DNA of 64,000 nt from an uncultured Chloroflexia bacterium (GTDB lineage: Bacteria; Chloroflexota; Limnocylindria; Limnocylindrales; CSP1-4). A program made the translations under genes and the position numbers. The stretch covers positions 2,752,001 through 2,816,000 of the forward strand of contig OY970218.1 of NCBI GenBank assembly GCA_963713975.1. Reading direction: 5' to 3'. The number at the start of each line of letters is the position of its first letter. Position 1 is the stretch's first letter. Shown piece by piece: positions 18,559 to 27,003 of this stretch. The notes beneath the pieces are model-generated. The model worked only from the letters and a program-made list of their open reading frames with translations, did no database searches and was not told where the DNA came from.

Positions 18559-18614
18559 GTGGCGTACCGCCTCCGGTTGTAGGACGTGACGAGCGACCTG
18601 CTCGACCGGCGCGG

Positions 18615-18644
18615 ATACTACGCCCGCCACTCCGGGCTCGTCAA
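18615..18644 (-). promoter_or_regulatory. Sigma70-type promoter for the ABC-rsgA-GNAT operon
   Basis: TTGACG-18 bp-TAGTAT on the minus strand. Confidence 0.65.
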
Positions 18645-18747
18645 GGCCCAGCGCTGGACGAATGAATCGACGTACCGTTGGGCCGACGCGGAGCCGGTCG
18701 CGGGTCGCCCGCCCTCGCCGCGTGCCATTGCCTCTCGAGGTCAACCG

Positions 18748-19620
18748 ATGCGCCCGCTCATCCGGCTCGTGGCTCTCCTGGCCGTCGTCGTGGGTCTCGT
18801 CGCCTGCTCCGGGACTGCCGCCAGACCATCGCCCCGGCCGCAGGCCGACGCAAGCGGCGCCTGGCTCCAGGCGAGCAGCTCCCGGGCCATCCCGCCGGCG
18901 AACCGGTTCGCGATCGGCCCGTCGGCGGTGATCACCGGTGACGGCAGGTACGTGACCGCGGACCCAACCGATGCCGGTGGCCCGGAGTCGCTCCTGCCCG
19001 GCCTCGTCGAGCGCACCATCTCCGACGCCGGGCGCGATGCCATCCTCGCCGAGGCCGACCGCCTCGGCCTGCTGGGCGGCAAGACCGACTTTCGGGGCGC
19101 AGCCGCGATGCCTGGGGGCGCGGTCGGACGCCTCCAGCTGAAGGTCGACGGGACCGTCATCACGCTCCTGGGAGAGCCGGATTCGAAGCTCCTCTGCATC
19201 GCCGCGCCGTGCGACCCGCTGCCCGGAACGCCCGAGGCCTTCGGTGAGCTGTGGCGGATGCTGGCCGATCCGACGCCGTGGTTCACAAGCGAGCTCGGGC
19301 CCGAGGCGCCGTTCGTGGCGGATTCGTACGCTGTCCTTGTCGGGCAGGCACCGAACGCAGGTCCGGACCAGGGAGCCGGCGCACAGACCTGGCCGCTCGA
19401 CACCCCGCTAGCGACGTTCGGCGGCCCAGTGGTGAACGGCACGCTCCGGTGCGGCATTGTGGACGGCCCTGATGCGGACACGCTGCGCCCCGCGCTCGAG
19501 GCCGCGAACCAGACGACGGGGTGGGTGCAGGACGGGTCCTCGACGGCGACGTTCGACCTGGTCGTTCGCCCGATCGTTGCGGGCGAGGATCCCTGCGCGG
19601 ACACCTTCGGCGGTGGTTGA
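18748..19620 (+). CDS. Putative lipoprotein (paralog 1)
   Basis: Lipobox LVAC; clearly homologous to the next gene. Confidence 0.8.
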   Translation: MRPLIRLVALLAVVVGLVACSGTAARPSPRPQADASGAWLQASSSRAIPPANRFAIGPSAVITGDGRYVTADPTDAGGPESLLPGLVERTISDAGRDAILAEADRLGLLGGKTDFRGAAAMPGGAVGRLQLKVDGTVITLLGEPDSKLLCIAAPCDPLPGTPEAFGELWRMLADPTPWFTSELGPEAPFVADSYAVLVGQAPNAGPDQGAGAQTWPLDTPLATFGGPVVNGTLRCGIVDGPDADTLRPALEAANQTTGWVQDGSSTATFDLVVRPIVAGEDPCADTFGGG

Positions 19621-19658
19621 CCGGATCGGCCCCCGGCGGGCTTGAGGCAGGGCGACGT

Positions 19659-19684
19659 GGAACCCTCAGCCGGCGTGTGGCGTC
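19659..19684 (+). promoter_or_regulatory. ECF-sigma-like promoter
   Basis: GGAACC-16 bp-CGTC. Confidence 0.5.
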
Positions 19685-19725
19685 TTGGCGCTGCGCCCCA
19701 CAAGCGAGAGGCTTTCGAGATCACG

Positions 19726-20631
19726 ATGCGCCCGATGTCACGCTTGGGCGGCGTCCGCCGGCTGGCGGTCCCGCTCCTGGTCGTCGCCCTTGTCAGCGCG
19801 TGCGGCGGTGGCGTCGCGTCGACCGCGACTCCGGCCGTCCAGCCGACGCCGGTCATCCCGTCGTCATCCCCGGATGCTGCCGGGGGCTACTGGCTCCGCA
19901 TGACCACCTTCCAGGCGATCCCGCCGGTCAACCTGTTCGCGGTTCCGCCGACCTCAACCATCACCGGCGATGGGCTCTACGTCGTCCAGGGTGCAGTCCC
20001 GGCGATCTTCCCCGGGCCGCTGGTCATGCCGCTGTTCGGGCGGCAGGTGAGCGAGGCCGGCCGCGCCCAGATCGTTGCCTGGGCTGATGAGCTTGGCCTG
20101 CTCGGGGGCCAGACCGACTTCACCGGAAGTGGTGGGTTGATGGGTGGCGTCACTGGCCGGATCGAGCTCACGGTCGATGACCAGCTCGTCACGCTCACGG
20201 GCCTTCCGGATGCACAGTCGCCGGATCCAGCCCCGGGCAGCCCGGAGGCATTTGGGGAGCTCTGGCGCCGGATCGCGAACCTGCCAGAGACGCTGCCCGC
20301 CGAGGTCGGACCGGAGTCCCCGTACGCCCCGACCGCCTACGCGATCCTTGTCGGGCCACCGCCGGACCCACAGGATGGCCTGACCTCGCCGATCGCGGAC
20401 TGGCCGCTCGAGACGCCGCTGGCGACGTTCGGAGGTCCGGTTGCCAATGGCACGTACCGCTGCGGGCTGGTGGACGGTGAGGATGCCGTCACGCTGCGGC
20501 CGGCCCTGGAGCAGGCCAACCAGCTGACCCAGTGGGTGCAGGACCCGGAGACCAGTGCCACCTTCGGGCTCACCGTCCGGCCGATCGTCGCCGGCGAGAA
20601 CCCGTGCCGGGAGATCTTCGGTCCGGGCTGA
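19726..20631 (+). CDS. Putative lipoprotein (paralog 2)
   Basis: Lipobox VSAC; shares AIPP.N.FA, PEAFGELWR, WPL.TPLATFGGP with paralog 1. Confidence 0.8.
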   Translation: MRPMSRLGGVRRLAVPLLVVALVSACGGGVASTATPAVQPTPVIPSSSPDAAGGYWLRMTTFQAIPPVNLFAVPPTSTITGDGLYVVQGAVPAIFPGPLVMPLFGRQVSEAGRAQIVAWADELGLLGGQTDFTGSGGLMGGVTGRIELTVDDQLVTLTGLPDAQSPDPAPGSPEAFGELWRRIANLPETLPAEVGPESPYAPTAYAILVGPPPDPQDGLTSPIADWPLETPLATFGGPVANGTYRCGLVDGEDAVTLRPALEQANQLTQWVQDPETSATFGLTVRPIVAGENPCREIFGPG

Positions 20632-20657
20632 CCCGCGATCTCAGGTGGCGCGCGGCC

Positions 20658-21245
20658 TCAGGGAGCCCGCCGCACGACCACGCGCGGCCGTCCGCCCCCC
20701 GCCTTCGACGTCGTTGGGGACGCGACCTCGAACCCGGAGCGGAGGAACATGCCCACCGTCCCCATGTACGCCCCCGCCGAGGGCATCCGCTCGCCGCCCG
20801 TCTCGACCGGGAATCCCTCGAGGACTCGCGCGTCATGCTCCCGGGCATAGTCGATGGCCGCCTCCAGCAGTGCCCCGGCGACGCCCTCGCCACGGGCCCC
20901 ACGCGCAACGACGAAGCAGTTGACGACCCACACGCCGTCGCCCGGCAACTGGGGCAGCGTCCGTGATCGGGCGAGGCGCGGGAAGTCCTCGCGCGGCCCC
21001 AGCCCCACCCAGCCGATCGCCACGCCGTCGCGCATCGCCACGAGCCCGGGCGCCGGATCGGCTCCGACCAGCACCTCGAGGTCCGCGCGGTTCTCGGTCG
21101 GCGTAGTGTTGGACCAGTTGGCGCCCGGCTTCCTCCAGTACTGGCACCAACACCACTTCGGGTCGCCGCCTGACGAGAACAGCGTCGTGAGCGCTGGCCA
21201 ATTCCCAACGCTGAGCGGTTCGATCATGACGGCGCGGCCCTTCAT
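20658..21245 (-). CDS. GNAT acetyltransferase (CWC-motif family)
   Basis: CWCQYWR, IGWVGLGPR, VNCFVV..ARGEGVA, LEGFP. Confidence 0.85.
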   Translation of the reverse strand: MKGRAVMIEPLSVGNWPALTTLFSSGGDPKWCWCQYWRKPGANWSNTTPTENRADLEVLVGADPAPGLVAMRDGVAIGWVGLGPREDFPRLARSRTLPQLPGDGVWVVNCFVVARGARGEGVAGALLEAAIDYAREHDARVLEGFPVETGGERMPSAGAYMGTVGMFLRSGFEVASPTTSKAGGGRPRVVVRRAP

Positions 21246-21535
21246 CCGACCCGATCCGCTGCAGTGAGCAGTCCAATGAGGTAGGAGGCGTTTCGGCTGA
21301 CGTCCGCGTACGCACTGGGTCGTTTGCTGCCATCGGCCAGGTAGCGGGCGAGGAAGCGCTCCTGGGCCTTTCGGCCATCGCTCTGCCCGACGCCCGTTGA
21401 TACCGGCGTGAACACGAGCTCGCGGTCGCGGAAGACGCGCACGGTAAACAGGCGCCCCGTCACTGTCTCGAGAGGCTGGTCCTCGAGGCGTCGCGCGAGG
21501 TCCAGGAGATCGTCGACGTTAGCGATCCGGCTCAC
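21242..21535 (-). CDS. Hypothetical protein (about 97 aa)
   Basis: Coding-like ORF with overlaps at both ends. Confidence 0.6.
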   Translation of the reverse strand: MSRIANVDDLLDLARRLEDQPLETVTGRLFTVRVFRDRELVFTPVSTGVGQSDGRKAQERFLARYLADGSKRPSAYADVSRNASYLIGLLTAADRVG

Positions 21536-21636
21536 GGCAACGTTCTCTCGTTGGCAACAGTCCCGCCCGCCGCGAACAATTCGACGATGGTGGACCAGAG
21601 AGCATCGGAGGCGGGCGCGATCTCCATGTCGAGCAT
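21532..21636 (-). pseudogene. Possible N-terminal remnant of a GNAT paralog
   Basis: MEIAPASDALWSTIVELFAAGG aligns with MIEPLSVGNWPALTTLFSSGG of 20658-21245. Confidence 0.4.
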
Positions 21637-21786
21637 GATGACGCCTCGGTGATTCGCCGGTTGAGCCGTCAAGGACGGGCGGTCGGTGCCTCGATGGCCA
21701 AGGGGCCGCCGGGCGGACCGTGTGAGCTCCCGGCGATTGTCTGCCGCAGGTCGGCCGCCCACTGGGCGGGTCCAGGGGCCAGCGAG

Positions 21787-22110
21787 CTAGCCGTGACGGC
21801 CCGGCCCGGCGACCGTGCTGATGAGCATGGCGACCGCCAGCACGACGAGGCAGACGACGAAGCCGGCGATGATCGGCCGCCACGAGGGCCCGGGTCCGTC
21901 CAGCGGATTCCGCCCGGTGGTGCGCAGGGACCAGCCCTTCGTGCGCCAGGCCATCGCGAAGCTCGCGAACGCGACGAAGGCGAGGAGAGCCGCGGCCAGG
22001 GCCAGCAGGGGGGTACTGATCCCGGAGGTTGGCCCCACAAGGCCAGCGAGCATGGCGCCCCCCAGCAGGATCAGGCCGCCGACGAAGGCCCAGATGAGTG
22101 CACGCGACAT
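21787..22110 (-). CDS. Small membrane protein (3 TM)
   Basis: Three hydrophobic segments. Confidence 0.6.
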   Translation of the reverse strand: MSRALIWAFVGGLILLGGAMLAGLVGPTSGISTPLLALAAALLAFVAFASFAMAWRTKGWSLRTTGRNPLDGPGPSWRPIIAGFVVCLVVLAVAMLISTVAGPGRHG

Positions 22111-22319
22111 GTGAGGGCTCCAGGATCGCCCCGGCGGACGGTCGGCGACTGTGCGACACGGTCGCCGGTGCCACAAGGACGCTGACGCATGCTTGCTCGT
22201 TGCAACGAGGTGTCCGTCCCGGCTCGGAGGTCACCCGTCCCCGGCATCGCGATCAACCCGAGGGTGGCGCGGTCACCTATGCTTGGAGCAGCACACCGTC
22301 ACCGGCTGGAGGATCCGCA

Positions 22320-22757
22320 ATGAACCGTCGCCTGGGCATCGCCACCGTATCCGCGACGATGATCGTGCTGGTCCTGGCGGGCTGTGGCGGCTCGGAAGAG
22401 TCACCGTCGGCCGAGCCGCCTGCTTCGGAGCCGCCGGCGACGGCCGCCCCGGCGACGGCCGCCCCGACCACCGCGCCCGAGGAAACCCCGGCGACGCTCG
22501 CCACGACGAGGGTGACGAGCGCGTGCGCCGGTGTCGGTGTCCGGGAGACGCCCGCGGTCGATGGCAAGCTCCTGGTCCGCCTCCAGATCGGGGTCAAGGT
22601 CCGCGTGACCGACACGGTCGTGGGCGACGCATACGAAGCGGGAGCCTGTGGCCAGGGCGGCGACAGCTGGATCGAGATCGACAGGGTCAACGGCAAGTCC
22701 GTGGAGTCCCTCTACGGCGTCCCGTACGCGTACGCGGCGGAGGGCTTCTTCAAGTAG
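22320..22757 (+). CDS. Lipoprotein with SH3b-like domain
   Basis: Lipobox LAGC, P/T/A linker, VRETP...V.V...WIEI pattern. Confidence 0.72.
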   Translation: MNRRLGIATVSATMIVLVLAGCGGSEESPSAEPPASEPPATAAPATAAPTTAPEETPATLATTRVTSACAGVGVRETPAVDGKLLVRLQIGVKVRVTDTVVGDAYEAGACGQGGDSWIEIDRVNGKSVESLYGVPYAYAAEGFFK

Positions 22758-22779
22758 GCGGACTCCCCGACGGCTGTCC

Positions 22780-23127
22780 TCAGCGGGCCGCGATCGCGGC
22801 GATCTCCACCCTGTAGTCGGGGGAGGCGAGCCGGGCCTCCACGGTCGCGCGGGCCGGCAGGTTCTCCATGTCGACCCACTCGTCCCAGGCCCTGTTCATG
22901 TGGTCGAAGGTCTCGATGTCCGTGAGCCACACGTTGACCATGAGAAGGCGCGACTTGTCCGTGCCCGCAGCGGCGAGATGCGCGTCGATCTGCGCCAGGA
23001 TGTCGCGGGTCTGCTCGTAGACGCCGTCCGTCGGTTCTGACCCGACGTGGCCGGCGAGGTAGACGGTGTCGCCATGGACGACGACCTCTGCGAAGCGGCG
23101 ACCGGGATCGATGCGGGAGATGGCCAT
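22780..23127 (-). CDS. RidA/YoaB family protein
   Basis: VYLAGHV, MNRAWDEW, PARATVEARLA, VEIAAIA. Confidence 0.9.
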   Translation of the reverse strand: MAISRIDPGRRFAEVVVHGDTVYLAGHVGSEPTDGVYEQTRDILAQIDAHLAAAGTDKSRLLMVNVWLTDIETFDHMNRAWDEWVDMENLPARATVEARLASPDYRVEIAAIAAR

Positions 23128-23210
23128 CGGTTGCTCCGTGCGGCGGATGACTGGGCGTCATCGTCGCACGTCCGGGCACGATCCCGCCGTGAGCAGGTAG
23201 CCTCTGGACC

Positions 23211-24038
23211 GTGAGAGGGCGAGGTACCCGAGTGGATGATGGTGCGCGTGCGGCGGCGTCTATGGTGCGGGCCGGGATTCTGGACGCGGAGCTCGCGGCG
23301 TTGTTGTGGCTCCTGGTCCAGGCACGGACACCGGTGGTCGCGGTGGGGGAGTCGTCCACGGCCTGTGACGTGTTGATCGACGGTCTGATCGCGCAGCTTC
23401 CCGACGACGGCCGCCGGGTGGCGATCGCGCCGGACGACGATTTCGAGTGGCTGCCCGAGGCGGCCCAGCTGGGCTGGCGCCGGGAGCGATCGGCGGCGCG
23501 GTCGCCCGAGCACGACGTCTCGTCTGAGCACACCCAGCGGGCCGATCACGCCAGCCCGATCTCGCCCGCTGATGCCGTCCTGGTCGTCCATGGGCTGGGC
23601 ACGGGAAGCGGCGTCGACGGGCCGCGGGCGAGGATCGTCGTGAGGTCGCTCGCTCTGGGTTACGGGCTGCTCGCGACGATGCGCGGCGGGAGCCTGGAGG
23701 ACGCCCTCAACACGCTGCATGCGTCGGCCATCGGGACTGACCCGGACGAGCGCTCGCGACTGGGTGTGGTGCTGGTGGTAGCCGGGTCCGAGGACACCGC
23801 ACGGATCGTCGCCGCCCACTACGTCCGGCCCGTGGCCCTCGACACGCACGGGCACGTCCAACGGCTTCCGCCGGCCGTCCTCGCCACGTGGAATGACCCC
23901 GCCGGACGCTACGACCACTTTGCGTGGGGCGTGGCCGCGGACCTGGCCGGTCGGGTCGGGTTCGCGCCGGTCGAGCTCGAAGCCGAGGTGGCGCGCCGCT
24001 CAAACGTGATCGCGGACCTCGCGGCCGGGTCGGGCTGA
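23211..24038 (+). CDS. Secretion ATPase (VirB11/FlaI-like) related protein with degenerate P-loop; start uncertain
   Basis: AGILDAELAALLWLLV..RTPVVAVG and GYGLLATM resemble the family; no GxGKT. Confidence 0.5.
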   Translation: MRGRGTRVDDGARAAASMVRAGILDAELAALLWLLVQARTPVVAVGESSTACDVLIDGLIAQLPDDGRRVAIAPDDDFEWLPEAAQLGWRRERSAARSPEHDVSSEHTQRADHASPISPADAVLVVHGLGTGSGVDGPRARIVVRSLALGYGLLATMRGGSLEDALNTLHASAIGTDPDERSRLGVVLVVAGSEDTARIVAAHYVRPVALDTHGHVQRLPPAVLATWNDPAGRYDHFAWGVAADLAGRVGFAPVELEAEVARRSNVIADLAAGSG

Positions 24039-24126
24039 ACACGGGCAACCCCTGCCCTGGCCGGGACGGGCTGCTAGGATCGGCATGGGCACCAATGGGC
24101 GCGCCCGACACAAGGAGAGCTTGCGC

Positions 24127-24600
24127 GTGGACCTGTTCCTGATCCTGCTGTACCTGCACGCAATCGGTGCGGTCGTGGCCTTCGGCCCCGGGTTTGCGGC
24201 GATGATCGTGGGCCCGATGGTCGCCAAGGAGCCGCAATACGCGAACTTCTACGCCCGGACCCAGGTCGCCGCAGGGCGCAAGCTCATCACCCCCGTCGCC
24301 ATCAGCATGGCGCTGACCGGGATCGGCCTGATCATGGTGCGAGGGTGGGGGAACATCGTCGGCGACAAGCACTGGCTTGAGGCAGGGATCCTGCTCTACG
24401 TGGTCGCTGTGGTCGTGGCGATGGCGGTCCAGGGCCCTGCCGGGCGCCGGCTCGTGGAGCTGACGGCACAGCCGCCCGCACCGGGTGCCGGCCCGTCGCC
24501 CGAGATCGCGAAGACCGCCCAGCGGGTGCGCCTCGGCGGCCTCGCGCTGTCCGTGCTGACGCTGGCCATCATGTTCCTCATGGTGGTCAAGCCCTTCTAG
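24127..24600 (+). CDS. DUF2269-like membrane protein
   Basis: LYLHAIGAVVAFG N-terminus, C-terminal LMVVKPF; 4 TM. Confidence 0.78.
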   Translation: MDLFLILLYLHAIGAVVAFGPGFAAMIVGPMVAKEPQYANFYARTQVAAGRKLITPVAISMALTGIGLIMVRGWGNIVGDKHWLEAGILLYVVAVVVAMAVQGPAGRRLVELTAQPPAPGAGPSPEIAKTAQRVRLGGLALSVLTLAIMFLMVVKPF

Positions 24601-24820
24601 CTCCGACCTCTCGGCCGGTCCAGGGGGCACGCCGCGGCGGGCCAAGCGGCCCACAAGGCCGGACCCGGGGTCCGCCAGCGGCGCGCCCTTTCGCCCTTCG
24701 CCCCGACGATCCGTGGGGGCATGCTCTCCTCATCATCCCCGACCCGGGAGGTGGTGACGGCACCCCGTGCCGCCGCCCCCGGATACCATTGCCAGCGATA
24801 CCAGCAGGAGATCCCACCCG

Positions 24821-26221
24821 ATGCCCCACGTCGCCACGTCGATCCCCGAACTGCTCGGCAACCTCGCCGGGATCGCCCATGTCGACGGCGACCGCCTCGT
24901 GATCGATGACGAAGCCCGCTTCCGATCGCAGGCCGCCGCCGATCTTGCCTGGACCGCAGCGTTCACGTCCGACGATCCCACGGCCGAGGCCGTCCGCTGG
25001 ATCGTCTGGGAGGCCAGCCAGGCGCTGGGTGCACGTTCCGCGTCCATCCATGAGCTCTACATGGCCCGCAGCCGGGGCGAGGTCTCCGGTTTCTCGGTCC
25101 CCGCGATGAACCTGCGCGCCCAGACCTTCGACATGGCCCGGACGATCTACGAGACTGCCGCGAAGCAAGACGTCGGGGCCCTGATCCTCGAGATTGCCCG
25201 CAGCGAGCAGACCTACACCTTCCAGCGCCCGATGGACTTCGCGACCTCCGTGTACGCGGGCGCCATTGCCGCCGGCTGGCAGGGCCCGGTGTTCGTCCAG
25301 GGCGACCACTACCAGTTCAACGCCAAGAAGCACGCCGCGGATCCCGAGGCCATGACCGAGGAGATCCGGCGGGCCTGCCGCCTCGCGATCGACGCCGGCT
25401 ACCGCAACATCGACATCGACAGCTCCACACTGGTGGACCTCTCCAAGCCGAGCCTCGACGAGGAGCAGAAGGAGAACTACACCCGCGCCGCGGAGCTCAC
25501 CGCGCTCATCCGGTCGCTCGAAGCGGACGGCGTTACCGTCAGCGTCGGGGGTGAGATCGGCGAGGTCGGCAAGGTCAACAGCACGGTCGCCGAGCTCGAG
25601 GCGTACCTCGACGGGTACGAGGCGGTGCTCGGCAAGCTCGCCCCGGATGCCAGGGGACTGTCGAAGGTCTCGGTGCAGACGGGCACGAGCCACGGCGGCG
25701 TGCCGCTGCCCGGGGGAGGCGTGGCCGAGGTCAAGCTCGACTTCGACGTCCTCGCCAAGCTCGGCGTGCTGGCCCGTTCGCGTGGCCTGGCCGGCGCCGT
25801 CCAGCATGGCGCCTCCACGCTGCCGGACGAGCTGTTCCACCGCTTCCCGGAGGCGGAGACGGCCGAGGTCCACCTGGCCACGGGCTTCCAGAACGCCCTC
25901 TATGACCACCCGGCATTCCCGGTCGCGCTGATGGACGAGATCTACGCCTGGTGCCGCGAGAACGCCGCCGACGAGCGCAAGGACGGCCAGACCGAGGCCC
26001 AGTTCCTGTACACGACCCGCAAGAAGGCGATCGGGCCGTTCAAGCGCCAGCTGTGGGACCTCGTGACCAAGGACGAGATCCTCGCCAGCCAGGGCGCCAA
26101 GATCGGCTACCTCTTCACCCAGCTGCGCGTCGACGGCTCGCTGGAGATGGTCAACAAGTACGTGAAGCCCGTTGCGGTGTCGCGCCCGATCCCCGCGGCG
26201 CTCAAGGCCGCCGCCGGCTGA
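24821..26221 (+). CDS. Class II fructose-bisphosphate aldolase family protein
   Basis: VPAMN, GDH, GEIGEVG, GTSHGG, QHGAS. Confidence 0.85.
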   Translation: MPHVATSIPELLGNLAGIAHVDGDRLVIDDEARFRSQAAADLAWTAAFTSDDPTAEAVRWIVWEASQALGARSASIHELYMARSRGEVSGFSVPAMNLRAQTFDMARTIYETAAKQDVGALILEIARSEQTYTFQRPMDFATSVYAGAIAAGWQGPVFVQGDHYQFNAKKHAADPEAMTEEIRRACRLAIDAGYRNIDIDSSTLVDLSKPSLDEEQKENYTRAAELTALIRSLEADGVTVSVGGEIGEVGKVNSTVAELEAYLDGYEAVLGKLAPDARGLSKVSVQTGTSHGGVPLPGGGVAEVKLDFDVLAKLGVLARSRGLAGAVQHGASTLPDELFHRFPEAETAEVHLATGFQNALYDHPAFPVALMDEIYAWCRENAADERKDGQTEAQFLYTTRKKAIGPFKRQLWDLVTKDEILASQGAKIGYLFTQLRVDGSLEMVNKYVKPVAVSRPIPAALKAAAG

Positions 26222-26225
26222 CCCG

Positions 26226-26816
26226 GTGACGTCCGGACCCGGCACACCCTTCGCGGTCCCGGGACCGGACCCGGTCCCTGTCGTCATCCGCCTCGAGACC
26301 CCCGGCGACCAGCCGGGGGTTCGTCGCGTCAACCTGGCGGCCTTCACGGGCCCCGAGGAGGCGGACATCGTGGATAGGATCCGGCGCGAGGCTCCCGAGG
26401 GCTGGCACTCGGTGGTTGCCGTCGGGGCGCCGGCCAGTGGTGCGGACGGCGAGATCGTGGGACACCTGCTGATGTCGCCGTGCCCCGTCCAGGACGGAGT
26501 GGGAGATACGGTGGCCATGGTCCTGGCGATCGGTCCGGTGGCGGTGCGGCCCGAGCTGCAGGCACGTGGGGTCGGGTCCGCGCTGATGTCCGCGGCAATG
26601 GGCCTCGGCATCGCCCGGGCCGTGCCCGCACTCGTCCTGCTGGGCCAGCCGGCGTACTACCCGCGATTCGGGTTCCAGCCGGCCCGCAGCCTCGGTCTCG
26701 AGCCACCGGCAGACGCCTGGCCTGACGCCGCGTGGATGGCCCGGCTGCTGCCTGCCTGGACCGACGACATGCGCGGAACCGTCCGCTACCCGGAGGCGTT
26801 CGAGCCGCTCGCGTAG
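26226..26816 (+). CDS. YhbS-like GNAT acetyltransferase
   Basis: IVGHLLMS, GPVAVRPELQARGVG, LLGQPAYYPRFGF. Confidence 0.85.
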   Translation: MTSGPGTPFAVPGPDPVPVVIRLETPGDQPGVRRVNLAAFTGPEEADIVDRIRREAPEGWHSVVAVGAPASGADGEIVGHLLMSPCPVQDGVGDTVAMVLAIGPVAVRPELQARGVGSALMSAAMGLGIARAVPALVLLGQPAYYPRFGFQPARSLGLEPPADAWPDAAWMARLLPAWTDDMRGTVRYPEAFEPLA

Positions 26817-27003
26817 GCGCGCAACCTGGTCGTCCGGACCGACAACCGGCACGAGGACGGTAGTACCATCCTCCCAGTCCGTGCGGACCAGCGGTGCATG
26901 GATGCGCCACCCGCGTTCCGGGACGCTCACGGCATGTCTTCGGTATCGGCCTGCCCATTGGTCGCCCGCCGATCCATTGCAACCGGAAGCGAGAGATAGA
27001 AAC

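Noticed and set aside
18520-18560. Purine riboswitch-like words (AUGG, UUUCUACC, CGUAA) in the leader
   Set aside because: Spacing and P2/P3 stems do not fit, and downstream genes are not purine-related
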